DNA of 23,198 nt from a virus (lineage: Duplodnaviria; Heunggongvirae; Uroviricota; Caudoviricetes), in the IMG/VR virus record IMGVR_UViG_3300018481_000002, positions 1 through 23,198 of that record; one strand, 5' to 3'. Below the pieces are notes generated by a model that worked only from the letters and a program-made list of their open reading frames with translations, was not told where the DNA came from and ran no database searches. A program made the translations under genes and the position numbers. Positions 7,204-15,744 of this stretch are shown in pieces. Each line of letters opens with the position of its first letter. The stretch's first letter is position 1.

Positions 7204-7686
7204 ATGGCCAGCACAAGTGAAAGAATGTATGTAGTCCGGTCGGGAACGTCGGCTACAAACTCAACAACGGTCGCTCTGACTGCTGCTACCGCCAAGACGG
7301 TCGTGGGAGTGTTCGGTACGGCTGGCACGTCGATCTGCCTGAAGAGGGTGCGAGTGTCGTTCGCGTCGATCACCGCAACTGATGTGCCTGCGCTGGTGGA
7401 GGTCGGGATCACGACGGCTGCTGGAACTGTGGGCACATCGTTCACGCCAGTTCAGATGGTCGGCCATACCTTGGCTTCGGCGTGTTCGGCGGGCTACAAC
7501 TACTCCGGCGAGCCGACCTACAACCGGATTCTTGAGTCGACCTACGTGCCGGTCAACAACGGGCTCATGGAGTGGTGGTACCCGCTCGGTGAGGAGCCTC
7601 AGTGTGACCTCAGCCAGGGTCTTGGGATCCGGATCACCTCCCCTCAGGCTCAGAACTGCTTCGCTTCCCTGATCTACTCCGAGTGA
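7204..7686 (+). CDS. Virion structural beta-sandwich protein (160 aa)
   Basis: aggag RBS; 'VALTAATAKTVV...RVSFASITATDVPALVEV' pattern seen in phage structural proteins. Confidence 0.7.
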   Translation: MASTSERMYVVRSGTSATNSTTVALTAATAKTVVGVFGTAGTSICLKRVRVSFASITATDVPALVEVGITTAAGTVGTSFTPVQMVGHTLASACSAGYNYSGEPTYNRILESTYVPVNNGLMEWWYPLGEEPQCDLSQGLGIRITSPQAQNCFASLIYSE

Positions 7687-7694
7687 GGTAGCCG

Positions 7695-10600
7695 ATGGCT
7701 CGTTGGGGTCGGTCTTCGCCGATCCAGGCGAAGGTCGTACGGAAGCCCGCACCGCATGTTCCTTTGGCGGCGACCGGGACCGCTTCGCTGACCCTTTCGG
7801 GATCCGCGAAGCCCAGCATCCCGCTTTCCTTGGTGCCGAGCGATCTGTCGTCTGCAACCTGGCAGATCAACGGGATCGGTGCGTCACAGACGAGCACACG
7901 ACTGTCGTTTACCGAAGGCGGCGACGGTGCCGCGTTGGACACAAACTTCGAGGTGTGGAGCCTCGATGAGTCGCGGTTCTTTGCCAAGTTTGTTGATGTT
8001 CCTTCTATTGGTAGTGCCGTCATGGAGTTGTACGACGACACGGGCGACGCGCAGGTCATGTTCCAGGTCCACGACGATGCCATCTTGGAGGTCTGGAACG
8101 CCACTGGTCCGCTGACTTCGGTTGGGTGGGATCGAGCCAAGCCGTACCTGTCGATCCGTGAGACAGGCGGAACGATCTACTGGGAGCGCAGCCCGTCCGG
8201 GCAGCCCGGCACCTGGGAGACGGTTCATTCGACCGCCTCGATCGGACCGGTGCACTACCTTTGGAGCCCGTCGTTCCACGCCATCGGCTTGCCGTTCGTC
8301 GGCTTCTTCTGGGTCGAAGACGTCAACACTCCAGGTGCTGGTGGCGGCGCTGCCTCGGGTACAGGAAGCCTGACTCTCTCGGGTACTGGTGGCGCATCTG
8401 GACAGGTGTCTGGAACTGGCTCACTGTCCTTGTCGGGGACGGGTACCCCGCGAGCCGTAGCCGCTGCGACCGCTTCGTTGACGCTTTCCGGTACGGGAAC
8501 AGCGAGATCTCCAGCTGTCGGAACTGGATCTCTGTCTCTCTCCGCCACTGGTGGAGCGCGGGCGACGCTCGCTGGATCTGGATCCCTGTCTCTTTCCGCT
8601 GCCGTGGGGACAGGTGTAGCGGCAGTCTCTACCGGATCTGGATCCCTGTCTCTTTCTGGGTCTGGTGCAACAACCAGTCCTGCGGCGGCTACCGCATCCC
8701 TCGCCTTGGCGGGCACAGGTACCGCTGGTCACGCCACCTCAGGTACCGCTAGCCTTTCCCTCGCCGGATCCGGTGCCGCTGCATCCCCGACCACGGCGTC
8801 TGGTTCGCTTTCGCTGACCGGGTCCGGCGCTACTGCTGCTCGGGCCGTAGCGACAGGTTCCATCACCTTCTCGGCAACCGGTACCGCCCGCGCTACGGGT
8901 ATCGCAACTGCTGCCCTGACTTTGACGGGCACTGGTGTCACTGCCGCTGCTGCCGCCGCTTCGGCGTCGCTGACCCTGTCTGGGGCCGGGTTCGCGTCCG
9001 CCCTGATGGATGGTGGTGCTGCCGCCTGGATCGACCTCTTCGCGACAGCGGACACGAGTGTTCCTTCTGTTGCGACCGGATCGCTGACCCTGGACGCGAG
9101 CGGTAGGGGTACATACGAACCCGAGATTGTCGCCTACAGCGGCACCTTCGACACGGACTTGAGTGGGACAACTCATGGTGGTTCCGTCACCCATGACGGC
9201 ACTGTGGGTCGATCTGGGGTCGGTTCGGCCAGGGTGGATGAGTCCTCCATCTACTCGTCTTACCCCGCTTACGCCGTAGTGCCGGGGCGTAGGTATCAAC
9301 TGACGGCCTGGGCCAAGGGTGACGGGACGCCTGGGCAGACCGCCTACTTCGAGAGCTACTACCTCAACTCGTCAGCGTTCGACATCACGGCGTCCCTCCG
9401 GAGCGACGAACAAGAAGTCTCCGATACTGAGTGGACGCTGCTCACTGTCGACATGGGTCTGGTGCCTGCCGCAGCCGTCTATGTCTACTGGTACTTCGAA
9501 ACCGGCTCCGGAGTCGTATGGCTCGATGACGTTCGCGTCGTTGCGGTAGAGGAACTCGCGGTATCCGGAGACATCGATGGGTCCGGAACAACCGGTACGG
9601 CCAGCCTGACTCTGAGTGCAACCGGAACGGCTGAAGATGGCTCGCTGGAAGCAACAGGCACCGCGTCTCTGACCTTGAGCGGTTCCGGCGCACCGGTTTC
9701 AACGGGCGTCGGAACCGGTAGCCTGTCCCTCTCTGCGACTGGCACGGCGACTGTTCCGAACACAGCGACTGGTTCGCTGACACTGAGCGCAACTGGGACC
9801 GCTCAAGCGGCCACTACAGGATCCGCATCGCTGACCCTTTCGGGGACTGCCGGAGCCGGGTACGGCACCTCGGGCACCGCCTCACTCTCACTTTCGGGTA
9901 CTGGTGCTGCATCTGGACAGCCGTCCGGTACCGGTTCTCTCACGCTTACCGGTACCGGCCAGACCTCAACGGTTGTAACCGGGTCCGGATCTCTGACACT
10001 TTCTGGTTCAGCAGTCGCAGGCTACGCAGCCAGTGGCACCGGGTCGATCACCCTCAGCGGCACGGGATCCACATCTGGACAGGTGTCTGGAACCGGTTCG
10101 CTCACCTTGTCCGGTGCCGGTGCAGTATCCGCGACGGCTTCAGGCACCGGTTCGCTGACTTTGTCTGGTGCAGCTGTCGCTGGCCATGCCATCACCGGCA
10201 GTGCCGCACTGACCCTCAGCGGTACAGGCACCGCTGCAACCGTCGCCACCGGATCGGGAAGCCTCACACTCTCCGGAACGGGCGCAGGCACCACCCCCAC
10301 GACGGCGACCGCCAGCCTCACACTCTCCGGTACAGGGGCCACGGCGGCACCACAGGTAGGCACCGGCAACCTGACCCTGAGCGGGTCCGGCGCAGCGGGG
10401 TACGGAACCACCGGAACCGCATCGATCACCCTCTCCGGTGCCGGTAACGGATCTGGACGTGCGTCTGCAACGGCATCCCTGACCCTGGATGGCTCTGCTG
10501 AGCCTGAAACGGTCGTAACTGGGACTGGAGCTCTGCAGCTCACAGGAACTGGAGGAGCGGGGTACGGGACCCAGGCGACCGGCTCCCTCACCCTCTCCGG

Positions 10601-11876
10601 TGCTGGCGCTGTAGCCGCTGCAAGCGCCGCAACCGCCGAGATCGACCTCACGGGTAGCGGTTCGATCACTAGTGTCGCCGTTGACGGTCAGGGCGAACTG
10701 AACCTGTCGGCGTACTCCGGTACCGCCATCGCCATCGAAGGCACCGGCAGCATCACCCTCTCCGCCTCCGGTGACGAGGCGCAGGCAGCCCCCGAGGGCA
10801 CCGCAACCCTGGAACTGTCCGGCCAAGGCGCAGGCACGACCGTAGGTGCTGGGTCCGCAACCCTTGACCTGTCCGGATCGGCGGCTGTCAGGGCAGAAGG
10901 GTCCGCGTCCGGTTCGTTGTCACTGTCCGGGTCTGCCGGAGTATCCGCACCCACAGACGCAACCGCGTCGATCACCCTGACCGGATCCGCCAGCCTTGAG
11001 GGCTACTCGGCCGCATCAGGACAGGGATCGCTCACGCTCAGTGGTTCCGGCACGGCAGGGGCGTCCGCTACTGGACAGGCATCCATTTCGCTGTCTGGCC
11101 AGGGCGCAACCGCTACGACATCAGCCGGAACCGGCAGCATCAGCCTGCAAGGAAGCAGTCTTGTCGCTGGAAGAGCGGACGCATCCGGGTCACTGACCTT
11201 GAGCGGGTCCGCTGGTGTCAGCGCACGCGCGGTCGCTTCCGGTTCGATGGACCTGTCCGCTACCGGAACAGCAGTCCCCATCTTCGGTGTGATGGGAACG
11301 GGCAGCCTGAGCCTGAGCGGTACCGGTGGCGCGACCATCCAGACAGTCGGGTCCGCTTCTCTGTCCCTGAACGGAACAGGGCAGACCCGCACCCCGGTCA
11401 CAGGGTCCGGCGCGTTGAACCTGTCCGGAACAGGACAGGGACGCGCCCGCGCCGATGCCACAGCGGACATCAACCTGCTCGCCAGCGCCGGGGTGAGCGG
11501 ACGCATGGCCGCGAGCGGCAGCATCGTCCTCTCCGGTGACAGCGCTGTCGAAGTGGTCGTCACCGGGTCCGGCAGCATCACCTTGTCGGGCTCGGCAGCC
11601 GGTGAACAGGCAGACCGTCCCGCTGAAGGGCAGGCGAACCTGCTGCTCTTCGCGGCTTCAACAGCACAGGCTGCGTTTGCTGGTTTGGCAGACCTGTCCC
11701 TCAACGGGTACGCGCTTGTTGACGACGCGCACAAGGTGTGGACGGGCACGGGTTACCGTGACGCGGTCCTGCGTGGAACCTGGACTGGTTCCATTCCCGA
11801 TCCCTACTTGGCTGTGCGGATCCTGGGGCCGTACAACGGCACCACAGTCGACGAGGTCGAGATCGACTTCGTCTGA
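7695..11876 (+). CDS. Giant (1393 aa) beta-repeat fibre/adhesin with inserted lectin-like and CBM4/9-like domains
   Basis: About 54 repeats of ~18 aa (xGTGSLTLSGxGxxxxxx) counted by eye. Non-repeat domain at ~7836-8330 ('PYLSIRETGGTIYWERSPSG', ConA-like). CBM-like domain at ~9135-9555 ('YAVVPGRRYQLTAWAKG...EWTLLTV...GVVWLDDVRVV'). Confidence 0.85.
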   Translation: MARWGRSSPIQAKVVRKPAPHVPLAATGTASLTLSGSAKPSIPLSLVPSDLSSATWQINGIGASQTSTRLSFTEGGDGAALDTNFEVWSLDESRFFAKFVDVPSIGSAVMELYDDTGDAQVMFQVHDDAILEVWNATGPLTSVGWDRAKPYLSIRETGGTIYWERSPSGQPGTWETVHSTASIGPVHYLWSPSFHAIGLPFVGFFWVEDVNTPGAGGGAASGTGSLTLSGTGGASGQVSGTGSLSLSGTGTPRAVAAATASLTLSGTGTARSPAVGTGSLSLSATGGARATLAGSGSLSLSAAVGTGVAAVSTGSGSLSLSGSGATTSPAAATASLALAGTGTAGHATSGTASLSLAGSGAAASPTTASGSLSLTGSGATAARAVATGSITFSATGTARATGIATAALTLTGTGVTAAAAAASASLTLSGAGFASALMDGGAAAWIDLFATADTSVPSVATGSLTLDASGRGTYEPEIVAYSGTFDTDLSGTTHGGSVTHDGTVGRSGVGSARVDESSIYSSYPAYAVVPGRRYQLTAWAKGDGTPGQTAYFESYYLNSSAFDITASLRSDEQEVSDTEWTLLTVDMGLVPAAAVYVYWYFETGSGVVWLDDVRVVAVEELAVSGDIDGSGTTGTASLTLSATGTAEDGSLEATGTASLTLSGSGAPVSTGVGTGSLSLSATGTATVPNTATGSLTLSATGTAQAATTGSASLTLSGTAGAGYGTSGTASLSLSGTGAASGQPSGTGSLTLTGTGQTSTVVTGSGSLTLSGSAVAGYAASGTGSITLSGTGSTSGQVSGTGSLTLSGAGAVSATASGTGSLTLSGAAVAGHAITGSAALTLSGTGTAATVATGSGSLTLSGTGAGTTPTTATASLTLSGTGATAAPQVGTGNLTLSGSGAAGYGTTGTASITLSGAGNGSGRASATASLTLDGSAEPETVVTGTGALQLTGTGGAGYGTQATGSLTLSGAGAVAAASAATAEIDLTGSGSITSVAVDGQGELNLSAYSGTAIAIEGTGSITLSASGDEAQAAPEGTATLELSGQGAGTTVGAGSATLDLSGSAAVRAEGSASGSLSLSGSAGVSAPTDATASITLTGSASLEGYSAASGQGSLTLSGSGTAGASATGQASISLSGQGATATTSAGTGSISLQGSSLVAGRADASGSLTLSGSAGVSARAVASGSMDLSATGTAVPIFGVMGTGSLSLSGTGGATIQTVGSASLSLNGTGQTRTPVTGSGALNLSGTGQGRARADATADINLLASAGVSGRMAASGSIVLSGDSAVEVVVTGSGSITLSGSAAGEQADRPAEGQANLLLFAASTAQAAFAGLADLSLNGYALVDDAHKVWTGTGYRDAVLRGTWTGSIPDPYLAVRILGPYNGTTVDEVEIDFV
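8395..10093 (+). repeat. DNA-level direct repeats inside the fibre gene
   Basis: The 22-bp catctggacaggtgtctggaac occurs at 8395-8416 and 10072-10093. The 23-bp ggatctggatccctgtctctttc occurs at 8574-8596 and 8634-8656. Confidence 0.85.
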
Positions 11877-11877
11877 A

Positions 11878-12197
11878 TGGACCCTGCGGCGGTGCCCCTC
11901 ATTCAGGCTTAAGAGGAGGGCAGCCCACGAACCTGTCCTCTACCGCGACAGGGTCCAACGCACAGCAAATCTGGGATCTCATGCGTGTTTCCCAACGAGC
12001 CGCAGAACCCTCCCGGGCTAGGCGGTTGTTGGTACTTCGATGCATGGCCAATGGGCGAATCAGCTAGTGCACTCACTGCATTACACACATTGCCTCTATG
12101 CAGTCAGCGCCTACGGTCCAGCGTGGATCTTTAAGTGCCGGTTCCGAGGGTGGACGTGGCGGGTGTCGCTCCCGCGTCGGCGCTTAGCCTCACGTCC
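11878..12197. ncRNA. Candidate structured non-coding RNA (or complex bidirectional terminator) between the convergent blocks
   Basis: A ~330-bp gap with no convincing ORF and several stems: 11878-11886/11949-11957, 11889-11893/11942-11946, 11958-11962/11982-11986, 11992-11996/12028-12032, 12075-12081/12098-12104, 12152-12158/12191-12197. Confidence 0.35.
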
Positions 12198-12206
12198 TAC
12201 CGTTCA

Positions 12207-12527
12207 TCAGGCTGGAGGCTCCTCGAAGAGAGCCATTTCCAGCCATGCGTCGACCGTCCTCACGGGACGGCCAGTGTCGTTGGCGACGTACGTCTCCAGT
12301 CTCGCTCCTCGCGAGTCCTCGTAGCCGTCCAGGACAGCCACACCTTCGGAGTTGAGCACGTCGATGACACCTAGTTCTCGATACTTCTCTTGGGTCAGTC
12401 CTTCCTGCTGTCGGGTTGGGTTCAACACTTCAAACCCAGCAGCCGTCAGCACTCTCTCGGCCCGGTTGAACGCTTTGAAGTTCAGCCCAGCTCGACCTGA
12501 CATAGGTCCGGCGATGTAGAGGATCAT
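12207..12527 (-). CDS. DUF4406-family protein (nucleoside 2-deoxyribosyltransferase-like fold)
   Basis: 'ILYIAGPMSG...NFKAFNRAERVL...GFEVLNP...VAVLDGYEDSRGARLE'. ATG 12527 overlaps the upstream stop (TGATG). Confidence 0.88.
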   Translation of the reverse strand: MILYIAGPMSGRAGLNFKAFNRAERVLTAAGFEVLNPTRQQEGLTQEKYRELGVIDVLNSEGVAVLDGYEDSRGARLETYVANDTGRPVRTVDAWLEMALFEEPPA

Positions 12528-13969
12528 CAGAGGCAGACGTTGTAGCGCCGCTCGTAGTCCCAGTCCCAGCCGCCACCGTCGTCGCAGTACTCGTACCCGT
12601 TCGGGTCGTAGCACGTCACTTGACCCGGTGCTCCACAGTTGGACGGAGGTGGGTTGTCACCTCCACCGCCAGTGGGCGGCTCAGGGCAGACGTAGTAGCC
12701 GAGAGCTGCGTCATAGACCATCTCGCTGTCCTCACAGGCAGCGGGCGGGTCCTCCGGGTAGTTCGGCGTACAGCCACCGCTGAACCCACAGCCCGTGTTC
12801 GGACCGGCCACGAACGGGTTGCCATTCGTGTCCTCGCACCGACGGTCCACCGGGTCCCAGGTTCGGTAGGGAGCAGGCGCGTACGTGGTGCAGTTCGGCG
12901 TGTAGCAGTTGACCGGAGAGATCGCGTCCCGGATCTGCCCGTTGGTGCACGGCTGCAAGTTGCACATGCCGTGGTTCCACACACCCCACTGGCAGTTCGG
13001 GAACGTCTCCGGTGCCACACAGGACAGGCCGTAGAACCACTTGTAGCCCGGCGCGCACTGCGTCCACGAGTAGTACTCGCAGCCACCGAGAGTGGGGCAG
13101 CCCTGAGCGTCGTAGGTGACCACCGGACGCACCGACGGATCACCGAGATACGGCGGAATGGGTCCGTCGTCCACGATATTTGCGTCGCTGAAGTTGGCTT
13201 CAGGTCCGCCGTACCACCCGCCGATGTTCGTGTCCGAGCGCGGGTTGATGTAGGCGATGCGGTTGCCGTCCTCGGTGACGGAGTCGAACGACATCGGGTC
13301 GGCGTTGGACTTCATCCAGAACTCGGTGGTCCAGCGAGCCGGAAGGACGTTCCGAACCACGCGATACCAGACACGCTCCTCCTTGGGAACGCGGTACTCG
13401 CGGCACACACCACCACCACTACCGGGGCCTGTGCCGTCCTCTGCCTTGGGGACGAAGAACGCAACGTGGGGGCCAGGGGTTGGAGATCGAGGGTAGTCGC
13501 GCATCTTCTTGTCGTCGGTGAGCCAGGTGACGAAGTGCACGCCCTGGAATGAGCCGGGCTGGCCCTCGGCGCTGTGGAGGTGGCAGTACTTGAACCGGAA
13601 CGGTTTGAACTTGTCCGGCTTGTCGCCGTTGGGGCAGTACCGGTAGAACATGGTGTCGCCAGCCATGAGGTACGCCTCCATCTCCAGGTAGCCGTTTGGG
13701 ACGTTGGAGGCGGGCACGATGTAGTCATACTTCGAGTTGGAACCCCGAGTGTGGTACTTGTTGATCCGCTTCGACATGCACTCCTTCCAGGTACTGGTCG
13801 AAGCTCCACCAGTGGCGAGATCACCCGATGGCCCGGAGTTGTCGGTGCCGGTGCGCGAGGCAGCGGTCTGCTCTTCCGAGTCGATGCCTTCTGCGTTGGC
13901 CGTTGTTGCGACGCCGAACAGCACGAAGCAGGTCGCGAGCGCTGTGAACAGCGCTGTAAGCCGTCTCAT
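12527..13969 (-). CDS. Secreted cysteine-rich protein (480 aa)
   Basis: Sec-type signal peptide MRRLTALFTALATCFVLFGVATTANA-E. 22 Cys in the predicted mature part, 18 of them in the C-terminal ~190 aa. Confidence 0.85.
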   Translation of the reverse strand: MRRLTALFTALATCFVLFGVATTANAEGIDSEEQTAASRTGTDNSGPSGDLATGGASTSTWKECMSKRINKYHTRGSNSKYDYIVPASNVPNGYLEMEAYLMAGDTMFYRYCPNGDKPDKFKPFRFKYCHLHSAEGQPGSFQGVHFVTWLTDDKKMRDYPRSPTPGPHVAFFVPKAEDGTGPGSGGGVCREYRVPKEERVWYRVVRNVLPARWTTEFWMKSNADPMSFDSVTEDGNRIAYINPRSDTNIGGWYGGPEANFSDANIVDDGPIPPYLGDPSVRPVVTYDAQGCPTLGGCEYYSWTQCAPGYKWFYGLSCVAPETFPNCQWGVWNHGMCNLQPCTNGQIRDAISPVNCYTPNCTTYAPAPYRTWDPVDRRCEDTNGNPFVAGPNTGCGFSGGCTPNYPEDPPAACEDSEMVYDAALGYYVCPEPPTGGGGDNPPPSNCGAPGQVTCYDPNGYEYCDDGGGWDWDYERRYNVCL

Positions 13970-14145
13970 AGCTTTGGTCCCCCCCTATTCTCCTTCGTTA
14001 CCCGTGCAACGAAGGTCTCTTTCGCGCTCCACGAATCCGAGCGCAACTCCCTCGCGCTATCTGAGCGCGTCGAAGTTTTGTACACGTAGAACACGTAGGC
14101 ACCAACGATCACGATCCACGCGGCGATGACTACATAGCCGAGCAT
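13966..14145 (-). CDS. Small single-pass membrane protein
   Basis: Hydrophobic N-terminus 'MLGYVVIAAWIVIVGAYVFYVY'; coupled by overlaps at both ends. Confidence 0.7.
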   Translation of the reverse strand: MLGYVVIAAWIVIVGAYVFYVYKTSTRSDSARELRSDSWSAKETFVARVTKENRGGPKL

Positions 14146-14894
14146 CAGAACCACACCGGTTCAAGGGTGTCGAGGTTCAGCAACGCGAGGCAACCACGTC
14201 TCCCGTTGCAGTCCAGCGCCAGGAAACGAGTCCCGTTTCTGAACTCCTCGGTGTCGTCGGCGACGTGGTAGTGGCCGTGAGCGAAGATGCTCGGACGGAC
14301 TCCCTCCCACGCCTGGTCCATCATCTTGCGACCAGCAGCCGCGTACGCCAGCTCCGTCAAACTCCAGCCCATCGGGTTGGTAGCAAGGATGTGGCGCACC
14401 TTCAGGGTGCTGTCAGCGGGAGCGTCGTGGGCGAGCATGACGTCAGCGAACCCACCTTCCACGGTCTTCTTGACTTCCTCTGGGGTGATCAGTTCTCCGT
14501 TGGGCCACCAGTCGACTCCAGCGACACGGCCCATGTAGTCGATGCTGGGTGCACCGCCTAGACCCACGAACGTGCGCCCACCTTGTTCCCAACGGTGCCC
14601 GCGAGGGATCAGGGCAACGTGTGGACGAATCCACTGGAGCCCATCGTCACTGACTGGGACATCCCAGATCTGGTCGTAGTCGTCGTGGTTGCCAGGCACA
14701 GCCCAGATCTCCACGTCCAACTCGATACACAGGGCTTCCAGACCATCGAGGAACTGGACGCCACTTGGACCAGGCCAGACGCCGAGGTCACCAAGCTGGT
14801 AGATCCTGGTGGCACCGTTGTCGACTAGCGCCTCGCAGGCGAGTCGTGCCGATGGCAGGTGCTTGTGCCAGTCACCGGCTAGTCCGACGTACAT
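14145..14894 (-). CDS. Calcineurin-like metallophosphoesterase
   Basis: Motifs GDWH, GDLG, GNHD, HDAP and HGHYH. The start is at ATG 14894 after a gaggag RBS; the track's 15041 start overlaps another gene. Confidence 0.9.
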   Translation of the reverse strand: MYVGLAGDWHKHLPSARLACEALVDNGATRIYQLGDLGVWPGPSGVQFLDGLEALCIELDVEIWAVPGNHDDYDQIWDVPVSDDGLQWIRPHVALIPRGHRWEQGGRTFVGLGGAPSIDYMGRVAGVDWWPNGELITPEEVKKTVEGGFADVMLAHDAPADSTLKVRHILATNPMGWSLTELAYAAAGRKMMDQAWEGVRPSIFAHGHYHVADDTEEFRNGTRFLALDCNGRRGCLALLNLDTLEPVWF

Positions 14895-15100
14895 CACTCC
14901 TCCTCTCTGCTCAGCCAGTCGCGAATCTTCTCCAACATCCGAGTGTCCGAGACGTTCCACACGTCCCTGGCCACACCGTGGTCGGTGCGTCCCAGGTTGA
15001 CGACCAGCTGGCCGAGACGCTGGTCCGGGTAGGCACGCCACAGAGCTTCCAGTTCACCCAGGATGAGCCCGATCTCCATCTGGCGGGTGTCGTCGGTCAT
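14894..15100 (-). CDS. Small conserved-looking phage hypothetical protein
   Basis: 'ILGELEALWRAYPDQRLGQLVVN' pattern; coupled overlaps. Confidence 0.75.
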   Translation of the reverse strand: MTDDTRQMEIGLILGELEALWRAYPDQRLGQLVVNLGRTDHGVARDVWNVSDTRMLEKIRDWLSREEE

Positions 15101-15744
15101 GGCCTGAACTCCTTCTCAACGACGAACTTCCCCAGCTTCGCAACCTCCTGTTGTGCCAGCACCTGCCCGAGACTGAACCCTTCCCCGTACATGGCAGTGT
15201 CATAGGACACCGCCGACTGCATCTTCACCGGCCTGCCCTCCTGGACTGCGAGCACCTGTCCGAAGACACCCCACAGTTCGTAGTCCAGGACCTTCAGAAT
15301 CCTGTAGCCGTTCGTCTTCAGGTGGGGACACAGTTGCAGAGCCAGGTCGATGCACTCTGCACAGGTTGGTGCCTGCAAGGTGATGGGTGTGTCAGCGTCC
15401 ACGTACTCGATGGAGTCATCCAGAACTGGCACCAACCAAGGGATGGGTCGGTCAAGGATCTTCTTCCCACACACCTGACACAGACACTTCCTCATGGCTG
15501 CACGCTGGCGGTACGTGGAGACGTTCTTGAACTCCGGGTGCCCGTTCCTACCGAGCCCCTCTCGTTGCCACAGAAGGTCACCTTCACGGGTCTCGTTCCC
15601 GTCTGGGTAGACGAGGCTGAAACCCTTGGAGGTGCGGATGATGTCGTACTTGAATCTGTCCTTCGACGTCTCGCCCGACCAGCGGGTGATCCAGGGGACA
15701 GGCTTCCCCTTGTAGGAGGGCAGATCACTCACTGGGGTTGTCAT
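15097..15744 (-). CDS. Actinobacterial phage/ICE-type hypothetical Zn-binding protein
   Basis: 'PVPWITRWSGE...QRAAMRKCLCQVCG...PTCAECIDLALQLCPHL'. ATG 15744 follows a ggag RBS. Confidence 0.75.
   Translation of the reverse strand: MTTPVSDLPSYKGKPVPWITRWSGETSKDRFKYDIIRTSKGFSLVYPDGNETREGDLLWQREGLGRNGHPEFKNVSTYRQRAAMRKCLCQVCGKKILDRPIPWLVPVLDDSIEYVDADTPITLQAPTCAECIDLALQLCPHLKTNGYRILKVLDYELWGVFGQVLAVQEGRPVKMQSAVSYDTAMYGEGFSLGQVLAQQEVAKLGKFVVEKEFRP

Noticed and set aside
9850-10580. AGYGT motifs in the fibre repeats resemble ice-nucleation-protein repeats (AGYGSTxTA)
   Set aside because: The period is ~18 aa rather than 16, the regular TxT ladder is absent, and the motif occurs in only a few units. 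Compositional convergence is more likely.
8255-11749. Many long minus-strand ORFs antiparallel to the fibre gene
   Set aside because: They are shadow frames expected from GC-rich repetitive codons, with low-complexity translations and no RBS or domain motifs.
11878-11957. Possible HDV-like or hammerhead ribozyme (gcc-cctcattca-ggc; minus-strand ctgaatga)
   Set aside because: No P1 partner for an HDV fold. The hammerhead core has an extra base and no GAAA strand.
12040-12324. 94-aa plus-strand ORF in the convergent gap
   Set aside because: No RBS, atypical composition, and it overlaps DUF4406 in antisense.
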